A stretch of 64,000 nt of DNA from Mytilus trossulus (taxonomy: Eukaryota): NCBI RefSeq assembly GCF_036588685.1, contig NC_086382.1, positions 5,642,001 through 5,706,000 of the forward strand. The letters are read 5' to 3'. The translations under genes were made by a program, and so were the position numbers. The notes below the pieces were generated by a model. That model made no database searches. It saw nothing but the letters and a program-made list of their open reading frames with translations, and had not been told where the DNA came from. This document shows positions 35,806-50,100 of this stretch, piece after piece (the first letter of the stretch is position 1; each line of letters starts with the position of its first letter).

Positions 35806-37680
35806 TACATACATTGGTATATAACGGTTTTTTTTGCCTTTCTAATTTTTCATTTGATTTTTGTGAACTATCTCTCCAGTCCTTTGTCCCAGTGCATCTA
35901 ATCGTGATTTAAAATGTAATTGATAAAATTGAAAAAAATCTGTGAAAAGTTTACTGTACTTGGTCCGAGTACACAGTTATATAGTCCTTAATGTGGACAG
36001 TGTGTTACTTGCCAATTTATGTTATACCCCTTCCAAATTTAATTCTCCATGTTTTATGCCTCATATAGCAAGTTGGGGGGTGAAATGACACTGTAAAAAA
36101 ATTTGGGTCATAAATATTTAGGTAAAGTAGTGATTAGGTCCAGCTGAAAAAGGTCAAAAATTAGCACTTCGGAAGCTGTCAAAAGATTTCAAGACCCCCT
36201 TAACACAAAATTGTCCATATTTTGAGTTAGAGCTGATGAAGTTTTCTATAATTTTGATATAATTTGTCCCAAAAGTAGTACAACACACTGTACAAATGTT
36301 ATTGAGAAAGCGCAGGTGAGATTTTTTTTATTTACATTTATTGTCTAAAAGAAATGCACTACGAAATAACTGTGTACTCGGACCTAAGAGGTGAAATCAG
36401 GAAATATAGAATCTGTACTTTGGCAACTTCCCTGAATGATCTGATGGTGTCAATTTGTCAAATAGCATAAAACTAAAGGATTTAAACTTTTATTTGATAG
36501 AATTTCTGCAAAAATTACCAATTTTGGCATTATATGGTCAAAATAAGCATTTCATAGCTTTTTCAATTTTGATGCATAAGTGGCATTTTGACTTTCTATC
36601 TGACATGTTTTCATGTGTCAATTTTTGTGTTTCTATGCTTTAATCCAGTTGTATTACTCATTTGTGAACTCTGAATCTACAGAAAAGAAGATTATCTCAG
36701 ACAATATGAGCAAAGTGTGTTGTATAAATGACCCTCATCTAACGCCCTGTTTGGATCAAGTTAAATGTGAGGAGCATGGTACATAAAAGTTGAAGTCCAT
36801 AATAAAGACCTCACTAAAATTGTATAAAAAGCATTTAACAATGTCTTTTGTACCTGTTTCATTTCACATAATATCTTTCTTTACCTCTTTAGGATACCAT
36901 GTGGTTCAAATATAAGCCTGTTGAGACTAAAATTGATGCAAGTATTTCACTAAAAAGTGAAAAATCTTTGTATCAGACCATACTGTCTGCTCAAAAAGTT
37001 GAATGTAATAGGCTTTTTGTGCTCAGATTTATTGTATCATGTCACCTGAGTATAGAAATGATAGAAAAGACACAATTTTTTTATTTCCTATAGCTTCAAT
37101 ATGCATTTTTAAATGTAAATATGTGCTATGGCCTAAATTGACCCTAAATTATTTTTAGTCATACTTGGCCTAAGACCCTTTTAAACTAATATGATATGTT
37201 ATTTGTAAGTTTTCTTTCCATTTAAAGTACATTAAGTACATATGTAAGGATTATTTATAATCAAAAAGCTTCACAAATTTAAAATTGCTGGAAAATATTA
37301 CATCTTCATGTAAGGCTCCCCTTCATTGGAAAACCTTCATTTTTAGGCACAGGCTCATATAAATTTGACTTTTGAAAAATTATGCTAAGTCTGATATATA
37401 AAATGAGTACTGTATTGCTTTAAATACATGATGTATTATATATTAAGGCATTTTAAAGTATATTTTTGCAATATTTTAATTTTAAAAGCCCCAAATGTTG
37501 ATAGTTGAAATTTCTCAATTTTAACGTCCAAATTTAACACGTAAAGTTGAATATAGAATTAATCATAGTGTCTATAATATATATCCTATTGCTATGAAAC
37601 TTTGTAAGCAGTCTTATAATATATTAAGCTTTTGTCATACCAAGTTTTATAAAGATTGGGCAACTTTTTCTATCCTATTA

Positions 37681-38131
37681 GGTCCGAGTACACAGTTATC
37701 GTCCTTTGATTTTCGTTGTCCACGAATATAGTCCTTAATGTGGACAGTGTGTTACTTGCCAATTTATGTTATACCCCTTCCAAATTTAATTCTCCATGTT
37801 TTATGCCTCATATAGCAAGTTGGGGGGTGAAATGACACTGTAAAAAAATTTGGGTCATAAATATTTAGGTAAAGTAGTGATTAGGTCCAGCTGAAAAAGG
37901 TCAAAAATTAGCACTTCGGAAGCTGTCAAAAGATTTCAAGACCCCCTTAACACAAAATTGTCCATATTTTGAGTTAGAGCTGATGAAGTTTTCTATAATT
38001 TTGATATAATTTGTCCCAAAAGTAGTACAACACACTGTACAAATGTTATTGAGAAAGCGCAGGTGAGATTTTTTTTATTTACATTTATTGTCTAAAAGAA
38101 ATGCACTACGAAATAACTGTGTACTCGGACC
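37681..38131. mobile_element. Representative array MITE, 19-bp perfect TIR GGTCCGAGTACACAGTTAT (22 bp with flanking TTA/TAA); 15 copies start at 35962, 37681, 39428, 41175, 42922, 45960, 48998, 50745, 52498, 54245, 55992, 57739, 59486, 61233, 62980
   Basis: ttaGGTCCGAGTACACAGTTAT ... ATAACTGTGTACTCGGACCtaa; no coding capacity; missing at two junctions. Confidence 0.85.
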
Positions 38132-41100
38132 TAAGAGGTGAAATCAGGAAATATAGAATCTGTACTTTGGCAACTTCCCTGAATGATCTGATGGTGTCAA
38201 TTTGTCAAATAGCATAAAACTAAAGGATTTAAACTTTTATTTGATAGAATTTCTGCAAAAATTACCAATTTTGGCATTATATGGTCAAAATAAGCATTTC
38301 ATAGCTTTTTCAATTTTGATGCATAAGTGGCATTTTGACTTTCTATCTGACATGTTTTCATGTGTCAATTTTTGTGTTTCTATGCTTTAATCCAGTTGTA
38401 TTACTCATTTGTGAACTCTGAATCTACAGAAAAGAAGATTATCTCAGACAATATGAGCAAAGTGTGTTGTATAAATGACCCTCATCTAACGCCCTGTTTG
38501 GATCAAGTTAAATGTGAGGAGCATGGTACATAAAAGTTGAAGTCCATAATAAAGACCTCACTAAAATTGTATAAAAAGCATTTAACAATGTCTTTTGTAC
38601 CTGTTTCATTTCACATAATATCTTTCTTTACCTCTTTAGGATACCATGTGGTTCAAATATAAGCCTGTTGAGACTAAAATTGATGCAAGTATTTCACTAA
38701 AAAGTGAAAAATCTTTGTATCAGACCATACTGTCTGCTCAAAAAGTTGAATGTAATAGGCTTTTTGTGCTCAGATTTATTGTATCATGTCACCTGAGTAT
38801 AGAAATGATAGAAAAGACACAATTTTTTTATTTCCTATAGCTTCAATATGCATTTTTAAATGTAAATATGTGCTATGGCCTAAATTGACCCTAAATTATT
38901 TTTAGTCATACTTGGCCTAAGACCCTTTTAAACTAATATGATATGTTATTTGTAAGTTTTCTTTCCATTTAAAGTACATTAAGTACATATGTAAGGATTA
39001 TTTATAATCAAAAAGCTTCACAAATTTAAAATTGCTGGAAAATATTACATCTTCATGTAAGGCTCCCCTTCATTGGAAAACCTTCATTTTTAGGCACAGG
39101 CTCATATAAATTTGACTTTTGAAAAATTATGCTAAGTCTGATATATAAAATGAGTACTGTATTGCTTTAAATACATGATGTATTATATATTAAGGCATTT
39201 TAAAGTATATTTTTGCAATATTTTAATTTTAAAAGCCCCAAATGTTGATAGTTGAAATTTCTCAATTTTAACGTCCAAATTTAACACGTAAAGTTGAATA
39301 TAGAATTAATCATAGTGTCTATAATATATATCCTATTGCTATGAAACTTTGTAAGCAGTCTTATAATATATTAAGCTTTTGTCATACCAAGTTTTATAAA
39401 GATTGGGCAACTTTTTCTATCCTATTAGGTCCGAGTACACAGTTATCGTCCTTTGATTTTCGTTGTCCACGAATATAGTCCTTAATGTGGACAGTGTGTT
39501 ACTTGCCAATTTATGTTATACCCCTTCCAAATTTAATTCTCCATGTTTTATGCCTCATATAGCAAGTTGGGGGGTGAAATGACACTGTAAAAAAATTTGG
39601 GTCATAAATATTTAGGTAAAGTAGTGATTAGGTCCAGCTGAAAAAGGTCAAAAATTAGCACTTCGGAAGCTGTCAAAAGATTTCAAGACCCCCTTAACAC
39701 AAAATTGTCCATATTTTGAGTTAGAGCTGATGAAGTTTTCTATAATTTTGATATAATTTGTCCCAAAAGTAGTACAACACACTGTACAAATGTTATTGAG
39801 AAAGCGCAGGTGAGATTTTTTTTATTTACATTTATTGTCTAAAAGAAATGCACTACGAAATAACTGTGTACTCGGACCTAAGAGGTGAAATCAGGAAATA
39901 TAGAATCTGTACTTTGGCAACTTCCCTGAATGATCTGATGGTGTCAATTTGTCAAATAGCATAAAACTAAAGGATTTAAACTTTTATTTGATAGAATTTC
40001 TTCAAAAATTACCAATTTTGGCATTATATGGTCAAAATAAGCATTTCATAGCTTTTTCAATTTTGATGCATAAGTGGCATTTTGACTTTCTATCTGACAT
40101 GTTTTCATGTGTCAATTTTTGTGTTTCTATGCTTTAATCCAGTTGTATTACTCATTTGTGAACTCTGAATCTACAGAAAAGAAGATTATCTCAGACAATA
40201 TGAGCAAAGTGTGTTGTATAAATGACCCTCATCTAACGCCCTGTTTGGATCAAGTTAAATGTGAGGAGCATGGTACATAAAAGTTGAAGTCCATAATAAA
40301 GACCTCACTAAAATTGTATAAAAAGCATTTAACAATGTCTTTTGTACCTGTTTCATTTCACATAATATCTTTCTTTACCTCTTTAGGATACCATGTGGTT
40401 CAAATATAAGCCTGTTGAGACTAAAATTGATGCAAGTATTTCACTAAAAAGTGAAAAATCTTTGTATCAGACCATACTGTCTGCTCAAAAAGTTGAATGT
40501 AATAGGCTTTTTGTGCTCAGATTTATTGTATCATGTCACCTGAGTATAGAAATGATAGAAAAGACACAATTTTTTTATTTCCTATAGCTTCAATATGCAT
40601 TTTTAAATGTAAATATGTGCTATGGCCTAAATTGACCCTAAATTATTTTTAGTCATACTTGGCCTAAGACCCTTTTAAACTAATATGATATGTTATTTGT
40701 AAGTTTTCTTTCCATTTAAAGTACATTAAGTACATATGTAAGGATTATTTATAATCAAAAAGCTTCACAAATTTAAAATTGCTGGAAAATATTACATCTT
40801 CATGTAAGGCTCCCCTTCATTGGAAAACCTTCATTTTTAGGCACAGGCTCATATAAATTTGACTTTTGAAAAATTATGCTAAGTCTGATATATAAAATGA
40901 GTACTGTATTGCTTTAAATACATGATGTATTATATATTAAGGCATTTTAAAGTATATTTTTGCAATATTTTAATTTTAAAAGCCCCAAATGTTGATAGTT
41001 GAAATTTCTCAATTTTAACGTCCAAATTTAACACGTAAAGTTGAATATAGAATTAATCATAGTGTCTATAATATATATCCTATTGCTATGAAACTTTGTA

Positions 41101-44100
41101 AGCAGTCTTATAATATATTAAGCTTTTGTCATACCAAGTTTTATAAAGATTGGGCAACTTTTTCTATCCTATTAGGTCCGAGTACACAGTTATCGTCCTT
41201 TGATTTTCGTTGTCCACGAATATAGTCCTTAATGTGGACAGTGTGTTACTTGCCAATTTATGTTATACCCCTTCCAAATTTAATTCTCCATGTTTTATGC
41301 CTCATATAGCAAGTTGGGGGGTGAAATGACACTGTAAAAAAATTTGGGTCATAAATATTTAGGTAAAGTAGTGATTAGGTCCAGCTGAAAAAGGTCAAAA
41401 ATTAGCACTTCGGAAGCTGTCAAAAGATTTCAAGACCCCCTTAACACAAAATTGTCCATATTTTGAGTTAGAGCTGATGAAGTTTTCTATAATTTTGATA
41501 TAATTTGTCCCAAAAGTAGTACAACACACTGTACAAATGTTATTGAGAAAGCGCAGGTGAGATTTTTTTTATTTACATTTATTGTCTAAAAGAAATGCAC
41601 TACGAAATAACTGTGTACTCGGACCTAAGAGGTGAAATCAGGAAATATAGAATCTGTACTTTGGCAACTTCCCTGAATGATCTGATGGTGTCAATTTGTC
41701 AAATAGCATAAAACTAAAGGATTTAAACTTTTATTTGATAGAATTTCTGCAAAAATTACCAATTTTGGCATTATATGGTCAAAATAAGCATTTCATAGCT
41801 TTTTCAATTTTGATGCATAAGTGGCATTTTGACTTTCTATCTGACATGTTTTCATGTGTCAATTTTTGTGTTTCTATGCTTTAATCCAGTTGTATTACTC
41901 ATTTGTGAACTCTGAATCTACAGAAAAGAAGATTATCTCAGACAATATGAGCAAAGTGTGTTGTATAAATGACCCTCATCTAACGCCCTGTTTGGATCAA
42001 GTTAAATGTGAGGAGCATGGTACATAAAAGTTGAAGTCCATAATAAAGACCTCACTAAAATTGTATAAAAAGCATTTAACAATGTCTTTTGTACCTGTTT
42101 CATTTCACATAATATCTTTCTTTACCTCTTTAGGATACCATGTGGTTCAAATATAAGCCTGTTGAGACTAAAATTGATGCAAGTATTTCACTAAAAAGTG
42201 AAAAATCTTTGTATCAGACCATACTGTCTGCTCAAAAAGTTGAATGTAATAGGCTTTTTGTGCTCAGATTTATTGTATCATGTCACCTGAGTATAGAAAT
42301 GATAGAAAAGACACAATTTTTTTATTTCCTATAGCTTCAATATGCATTTTTAAATGTAAATATGTGCTATGGCCTAAATTGACCCTAAATTATTTTTAGT
42401 CATACTTGGCCTAAGACCCTTTTAAACTAATATGATATGTTATTTGTAAGTTTTCTTTCCATTTAAAGTACATTAAGTACATATGTAAGGATTATTTATA
42501 ATCAAAAAGCTTCACAAATTTAAAATTGCTGGAAAATATTACATCTTCATGTAAGGCTCCCCTTCATTGGAAAACCTTCATTTTTAGGCACAGGCTCATA
42601 TAAATTTGACTTTTGAAAAATTATGCTAAGTCTGATATATAAAATGAGTACTGTATTGCTTTAAATACATGATGTATTATATATTAAGGCATTTTAAAGT
42701 ATATTTTTGCAATATTTTAATTTTAAAAGCCCCAAATGTTGATAGTTGAAATTTCTCAATTTTAACGTCCAAATTTAACACGTAAAGTTGAATATAGAAT
42801 TAATCATAGTGTCTATAATATATATCCTATTGCTATGAAACTTTGTAAGCAGTCTTATAATATATTAAGCTTTTGTCATACCAAGTTTTATAAAGATTGG
42901 GCAACTTTTTCTATCCTATTTGGTCCGAGTACACAGTTATCGTCCTTTGATTTTCGTTGTCCACGAATATAGTCCTTAATGTGGACAGTGTGTTACTTGC
43001 CAATTTATGTTATACCCCTTCCAAATTTAATTCTCCATGTTTTATGCCTCATATAGCAAGTTGGGGGGTGAAATGACACTGTAAAAAAATTTGGGTCATA
43101 AATATTTAGGTAAAGTAGTGATTAGGTCCAGCTGAAAAAGGTCAAAAATTAGCACTTCGGAAGCTGTCAAAAGATTTCAAGACCCCCTTAACACAAAATT
43201 GTCCATATTTTGAGTTAGAGCTGATGAAGTTTTCTATAATTTTGATATAATTTGTCCCAAAAGTAGTACAACACACTGTACAAATGTTATTGAGAAAGCG
43301 CAGGTGAGATTTTTTTTATTTACATTTATTGTCTAAAAGAAATGCACTACGAAATAACTGTGTACTCGGACCTAAGAGGTGAAATCAGGAAATATAGAAT
43401 CTGTACTTTGGCAACTTCCCTGAATGATCTGATGGTGTCAATTTGTCAAATAGCATAAAACTAAAGGATTTAAACTTTTATTTGATAGAATTTCTGCAAA
43501 AATTACCAATTTTGGCATTATATGGTCAAAATAAGCATTTCATAGCTTTTTCAATTTTGATGCATAAGTGGCATTTTGACTTTCTATCTGACATGTTTTC
43601 ATGTGTCAATTTTTGTGTTTCTATGCTTTAATCCAGTTGTATTACTCATTTGTGAACTCTGAATCTACAGAAAAGAAGATTATCTCAGACAATATGAGCA
43701 AAGTGTGTTGTATAAATGACCCTCATCTAACGCCCTGTTTGGATCAAGTTAAATGTGAGGAGCATGGTACATAAAAGTTGAAGTCCATAATAAAGACCTC
43801 ACTAAAATTGTATAAAAAGCATTTAACAATGTCTTTTGTACCTGTTTCATTTCACATAATATCTTTCTTTACCTCTTTAGGATACCATGTGGTTCAAATA
43901 TAAGCCTGTTGAGACTAAAATTGATGCAAGTATTTCACTAAAAAGTGAAAAATCTTTGTATCAGACCATACTGTCTGCTCAAAAAGTTGAATGTAATAGG
44001 CTTTTTGTGCTCAGATTTATTGTATCATGTCACCTGAGTATAGAAATGATAGAAAAGACACAATTTTTTTATTTCCTATAGCTTCAATATGCATTTTTAA

Positions 44101-47100
44101 ATGTAAATATGTGCTATGGCCTAAATTGACCCTAAATTATTTTTAGTCATACTTGGCCTAAGACCCTTTTAAACTAATATGATATGTTATTTGTAAGTTT
44201 TCTTTCCATTTAAAGTACATTAAGTACATATGTAAGGATTATTTATAATCAAAAAGCTTCACAAATTTAAAATTGCTGGAAAATATTACATCTTCATGTA
44301 AGGCTCCCCTTCATTGGAAAACCTTCATTTTTAGGCACAGGCTCATATAAATTTGACTTTTGAAAAATTATGCTAAGTCTGATATATAAAATGAGTACTG
44401 TATTGCTTTAAATACATGATGTATTATATATTAAGGCATTTTAAAGTATATTTTTGCAATATTTTAATTTTAAAAGCCCCAAATGTTGATAGTTGAAATT
44501 TCTCAATTTTAACGTCCAAATTTAACACGTAAAGTTGAATATAGAATTAATCATAGTGTCTATAATATATATCCTATTGCTATGAAACTTTGTAAGCAGT
44601 CTTATAATATATTAAGCTTTTGTCATACCAAGTTTTATAAAGATTGGGCAACTTTTTCTATCCTAAGAGGTGAAATCAGGAAATATAGAATCTGTACTTT
44701 GGCAACTTCCCTGAATGATCTGATGGTGTCAATTTGTCAAATAGCATAAAACTAAAGGATTTAAACTTTTATTTGATAGAATTTCTGCAAAAATTACCAA
44801 TTTTGGCATTATATGGTCAAAATAAGCATTTCATAGCTTTTTCAATTTTGATGCATAAGTGGCATTTTGACTTTCTATCTGACATGTTTTCATGTGTCAA
44901 TTTTTGTGTTTCTATGCTTTAATCCAGTTGTATTACTCATTTGTGAACTCTGAATCTACAGAAAAGAAGATTATCTCAGACAATATGAGCAAAGTGTGTT
45001 GTATAAATGACCCTCATCTAACGCCCTGTTTGGATCAAGTTAAATGTGAGGAGCATGGTACATAAAAGTTGAAGTCCATAATAAAGACCTCACTAAAATT
45101 GTATAAAAAGCATTTAACAATGTCTTTTGTACCTGTTTCATTTCACATAATATCTTTCTTTACCTCTTTAGGATACCATGTGGTTCAAATATAAGCCTGT
45201 TGAGACTAAAATTGATGCAAGTATTTCACTAAAAAGTGAAAAATCTTTGTATCAGACCATACTGTCTGCTCAAAAAGTTGAATGTAATAGGCTTTTTGTG
45301 CTCAGATTTATTGTATCATGTCACCTGAGTATAGAAATGATAGAAAAGACACAATTTTTTTATTTCCTATAGCTTCAATATGCATTTTTAAATGTAAATA
45401 TGTGCTATGGCCTAAATTGACCCTAAATTATTTTTAGTCATACTTGGCCTAAGACCCTTTTAAACTAATATGATATGTTATTTGTAAGTTTTCTTTCCAT
45501 TTAAAGTACATTAAGTACATATGTAAGGATTATTTATAATCAAAAAGCTTCACAAATTTAAAATTGCTGGAAAATATTACATCTTCATGTAAGGCTCCCC
45601 TTCATTGGAAAACCTTCATTTTTAGGCACAGGCTCATATAAATTTGACTTTTGAAAAATTATGCTAAGTCTGATATATAAAATGAGTACTGTATTGCTTT
45701 AAATACATGATGTATTATATATTAAGGCATTTTAAAGTATATTTTTGCAATATTTTAATTTTAAAAGCCCCAAATGTTGATAGTTGAAATTTCTCAATTT
45801 TAACGTCCAAATTTAACACGTAAAGTTGAATATAGAATTAATCATAGTGTCTATAATATATATCCTATTGCTATGAAACTTTGTAAGCAGTCTTATAATA
45901 TATTAAGCTTTTGTCATACCAAGTTTTATAAAGATTGGGCAACTTTTTCTATCCTATTAGGTCCGAGTACACAGTTATCGTCCTTTGATTTTCGTTGTCC
46001 ACGAATATAGTCCTTAATGTGGACAGTGTGTTACTTGCCAATTTATGTTATACCCCTTCCAAATTTAATTCTCCATGTTTTATGCCTCATATAGCAAGTT
46101 GGGGGGTGAAATGACACTGTAAAAAAAATTGGGTCATAAATATTTAGGTAAAGTAGTGATTAGGTCCAGCTGAAAAAGGTCAAAAATTAGCACTTCGGAA
46201 GCTGTCAAAAGATTTCAAGACCCCCTTAACACAAAATTGTCCATATTTTGAGTTAGAGCTGATGAAGTTTTCTATAATTTTGATATAATTTGTCCCAAAA
46301 GTAGTACAACACACTGTACAAATGTTATTGAGAAAGCGCAGGTGAGATTTTTTTTATTTACATTTATTGTCTAAAAGAAATGCACTACGAAATAACTGTG
46401 TACTCGGACCTAAGAGGTGAAATCAGGAAATATAGAATCTGTACTTTGGCAACTTCCCTGAATGATCTGATGGTGTCAATTTGTCAAATAGCATAAAACT
46501 AAAGGATTTAAACTTTTATTTGATAGAATTTCTGCAAAAATTACCAATTTTGGCATTATATGGTCAAAATAAGCATTTCATAGCTTTTTCAATTTTGATG
46601 CATAAGTGGCATTTTGACTTTCTATCTGACATGTTTTCATGTGTCAATTTTTGTGTTTCTATGCTTTAATCCAGTTGTATTACTCATTTGTGAACTCTGA
46701 ATCTACAGAAAAGAAGATTATCTCAGACAATATGAGCAAAGTGTGTTGTATAAATGACCCTCATCTAACGCCCTGTTTGGATCAAGTTAAATGTGAGGAG
46801 CATGGTACATAAAAGTTGAAGTCCATAATAAAGACCTCACTAAAATTGTATAAAAAGCATTTAACAATGTCTTTTGTACCTGTTTCATTTCACATAATAT
46901 CTTTCTTTACCTCTTTAGGATACCATGTGGTTCAAATATAAGCCTGTTGAGACTAAAATTGATGCAAGTATTTCACTAAAAAGTGAAAAATCTTTGTATC
47001 AGACCATACTGTCTGCTCAAAAAGTTGAATGTAATAGGCTTTTTGTGCTCAGATTTATTGTATCATGTCACCTGAGTATAGAAATGATAGAAAAGACACA

Positions 47101-50100
47101 ATTTTTTTATTTCCTATAGCTTCAATATGCATTTTTAAATGTAAATATGTGCTATGGCCTAAATTGACCCTAAATTATTTTTAGTCATACTTGGCCTAAG
47201 ACCCTTTTAAACTAATATGATATGTTATTTGTAAGTTTTCTTTCCATTTAAAGTACATTAAGTACATATGTAAGGATTATTTATAATCAAAAAGCTTCAC
47301 AAATTTAAAATTGCTGGAAAATATTACATCTTCATGTAAGGCTCCCCTTCATTGGAAAACCTTCATTTTTAGGCACAGGCTCATATAAATTTGACTTTTG
47401 AAAAATTATGCTAAGTCTGATATATAAAATGAGTACTGTATTGCTTTAAATACATGATGTATTATATATTAAGGCATTTTAAAGTATATTTTTGCAATAT
47501 TTTAATTTTAAAAGCCCCAAATGTTGATAGTTGAAATTTCTCAATTTTAACGTCCAAATTTAACACGTAAAGTTGAATATAGAATTAATCATAGTGTCTA
47601 TAATATATATCCTATTGCTATGAAACTTTGTAAGCAGTCTTATAATATATTAAGCTTTTGTCATACCAAGTTTTATAAAGATTGGGCAACTTTTTCTATC
47701 CTAAGAGGTGAAATCAGGAAATATAGAATCTGTACTTTGGCAACTTCCCTGAATGATCTGATGGTGTCAATTTGTCAAATAGCATAAAACTAAAGGATTT
47801 AAACTTTTATTTGATAGAATTTCTGCAAAAATTACCAATTTTGGCATTATATGGTCAAAATAAGCATTTCATAGCTTTTTCAATTTTGATGCATAAGTGG
47901 CATTTTGACTTTCTATCTGACATGTTTTCATGTGTCAATTTTTGTGTTTCTATGCTTTAATCCAGTTGTATTACTCATTTGTGAACTCTGAATCTACAGA
48001 AAAGAAGATTATCTCAGACAATATGAGCAAAGTGTGTTGTATAAATGACCCTCATCTAACGCCCTGTTTGGATCAAGTTAAATGTGAGGAGCATGGTACA
48101 TAAAAGTTGAAGTCCATAATAAAGACCTCACTAAAATTGTATAAAAAGCATTTAACAATGTCTTTTGTACCTGTTTCATTTCACATAATATCTTTCTTTA
48201 CCTCTTTAGGATACCATGTGGTTCAAATATAAGCCTGTTGAGACTAAAATTGATGCAAGTATTTCACTAAAAAGTGAAAAATCTTTGTATCAGACCATAC
48301 TGTCTGCTCAAAAAGTTGAATGTAATAGGCTTTTTGTGCTCAGATTTATTGTATCATGTCACCTGAGTATAGAAATGATAGAAAAGACACAATTTTTTTA
48401 TTTCCTATAGCTTCAATATGCATTTTTAAATGTAAATATGTGCTATGGCCTAAATTGACCCTAAATTATTTTTAGTCATACTTGGCCTAAGACCCTTTTA
48501 AACTAATATGATATGTTATTTGTAAGTTTTCTTTCCATTTAAAGTACATTAAGTACATATGTAAGGATTATTTATAATCAAAAAGCTTCACAAATTTAAA
48601 ATTGCTGGAAAATATTACATCTTCATGTAAGGCTCCCCTTCATTGGAAAACCTTCATTTTTAGGCACAGGCTCATATAAATTTGACTTTTGAAAAATTAT
48701 GCTAAGTCTGATATATAAAATGAGTACTGTATTGCTTTAAATACATGATGTATTATATATTAAGGCATTTTAAAGTATATTTTTGCAATATTTTAATTTT
48801 AAAAGCCCCAAATGTTGATAGTTGAAATTTCTCAATTTTAACGTCCAAATTTAACACGTAAAGTTGAATATAGAATTAATCATAGTGTCTATAATATATA
48901 TCCTATTGCTATGAAACTTTGTAAGCAGTCTTATAATATATTAAGCTTTTGTCATACCAAGTTTTATAAAGATTGGGCAAATTTTTCTATCCTATTAGGT
49001 CCGAGTACACAGTTATCGTCCTTTGATTTTCGTTGTCCACGAATATAGTCCTTAATGTGGACAGTGTGTTACTTGCCAATTTATGTTATACCCCTTCCAA
49101 ATTTAATTCTCCATGTTTTATGCCTCATATAGCAAGTTGGGGGGTGAAATGACACTGTAAAAAAATTTGGGTCATAAATATTTAGGTAAAGTAGTGATTA
49201 GGTCCAGCTGAAAAAGGTCAAAAATTAGCACTTCGGAAGCTGTCAAAAGATTTCAAGACCCCCTTAACACAAAATTGTCCATATTTTGAGTTAGAGCTGA
49301 TGAAGTTTTCTATAATTTTGATATAATTTGTCCCAAAAGTAGTACAACACACTGTACAAATGTTATTGAGAAAGCGCAGGTGAGATTTTTTTTATTTACA
49401 TTTATTGTCTAAAAGAAATGCACTACGAAATAACTGTGTACTCGGACCTAAGAGGTGAAATCAGGAAATATAGAATCTGTACTTTGGCAACTTCCCTGAA
49501 TGATCTGATGGTGTCAATTTGTCAAATAGCATAAAACTAAAGGATTTAAACTTTTATTTGATAGAATTTCTGCAAAAATTACCAATTTTGGCATTATATG
49601 GTCAAAATAAGCATTTCATAGCTTTTTCAATTTTGATGCATAAGTGGCATTTTGACTTTCTATCTGACATGTTTTCATGTGTCAATTTTTGTGTTTCTAT
49701 GCTTTAATCCAGTTGTATTACTCATTTGTGAACTCTGAATCTACAGAAAAGAAGATTATCTCAGACAATATGAGCAAAGTGTGTTGTATAAATGACCCTC
49801 ATCTAACGCCCTGTTTGGATCAAGTTAAATGTGAGGAGCATGGTACATAAAAGTTGAAGTCCATAATAAAGACCTCACTAAAATTGTATAAAAAGCATTT
49901 AACAATGTCTTTTGTACCTGTTTCATTTCACATAATATCTTTCTTTACCTCTTTAGGATACCATGTGGTTCAAATATAAGCCTGTTGAGACTAAAATTGA
50001 TGCAAGTATTTCACTAAAAAGTGAAAAATCTTTGTATCAGACCATACTGTCTGCTCAAAAAGTTGAATGTAATAGGCTTTTTGTGCTCAGATTTATTGTA

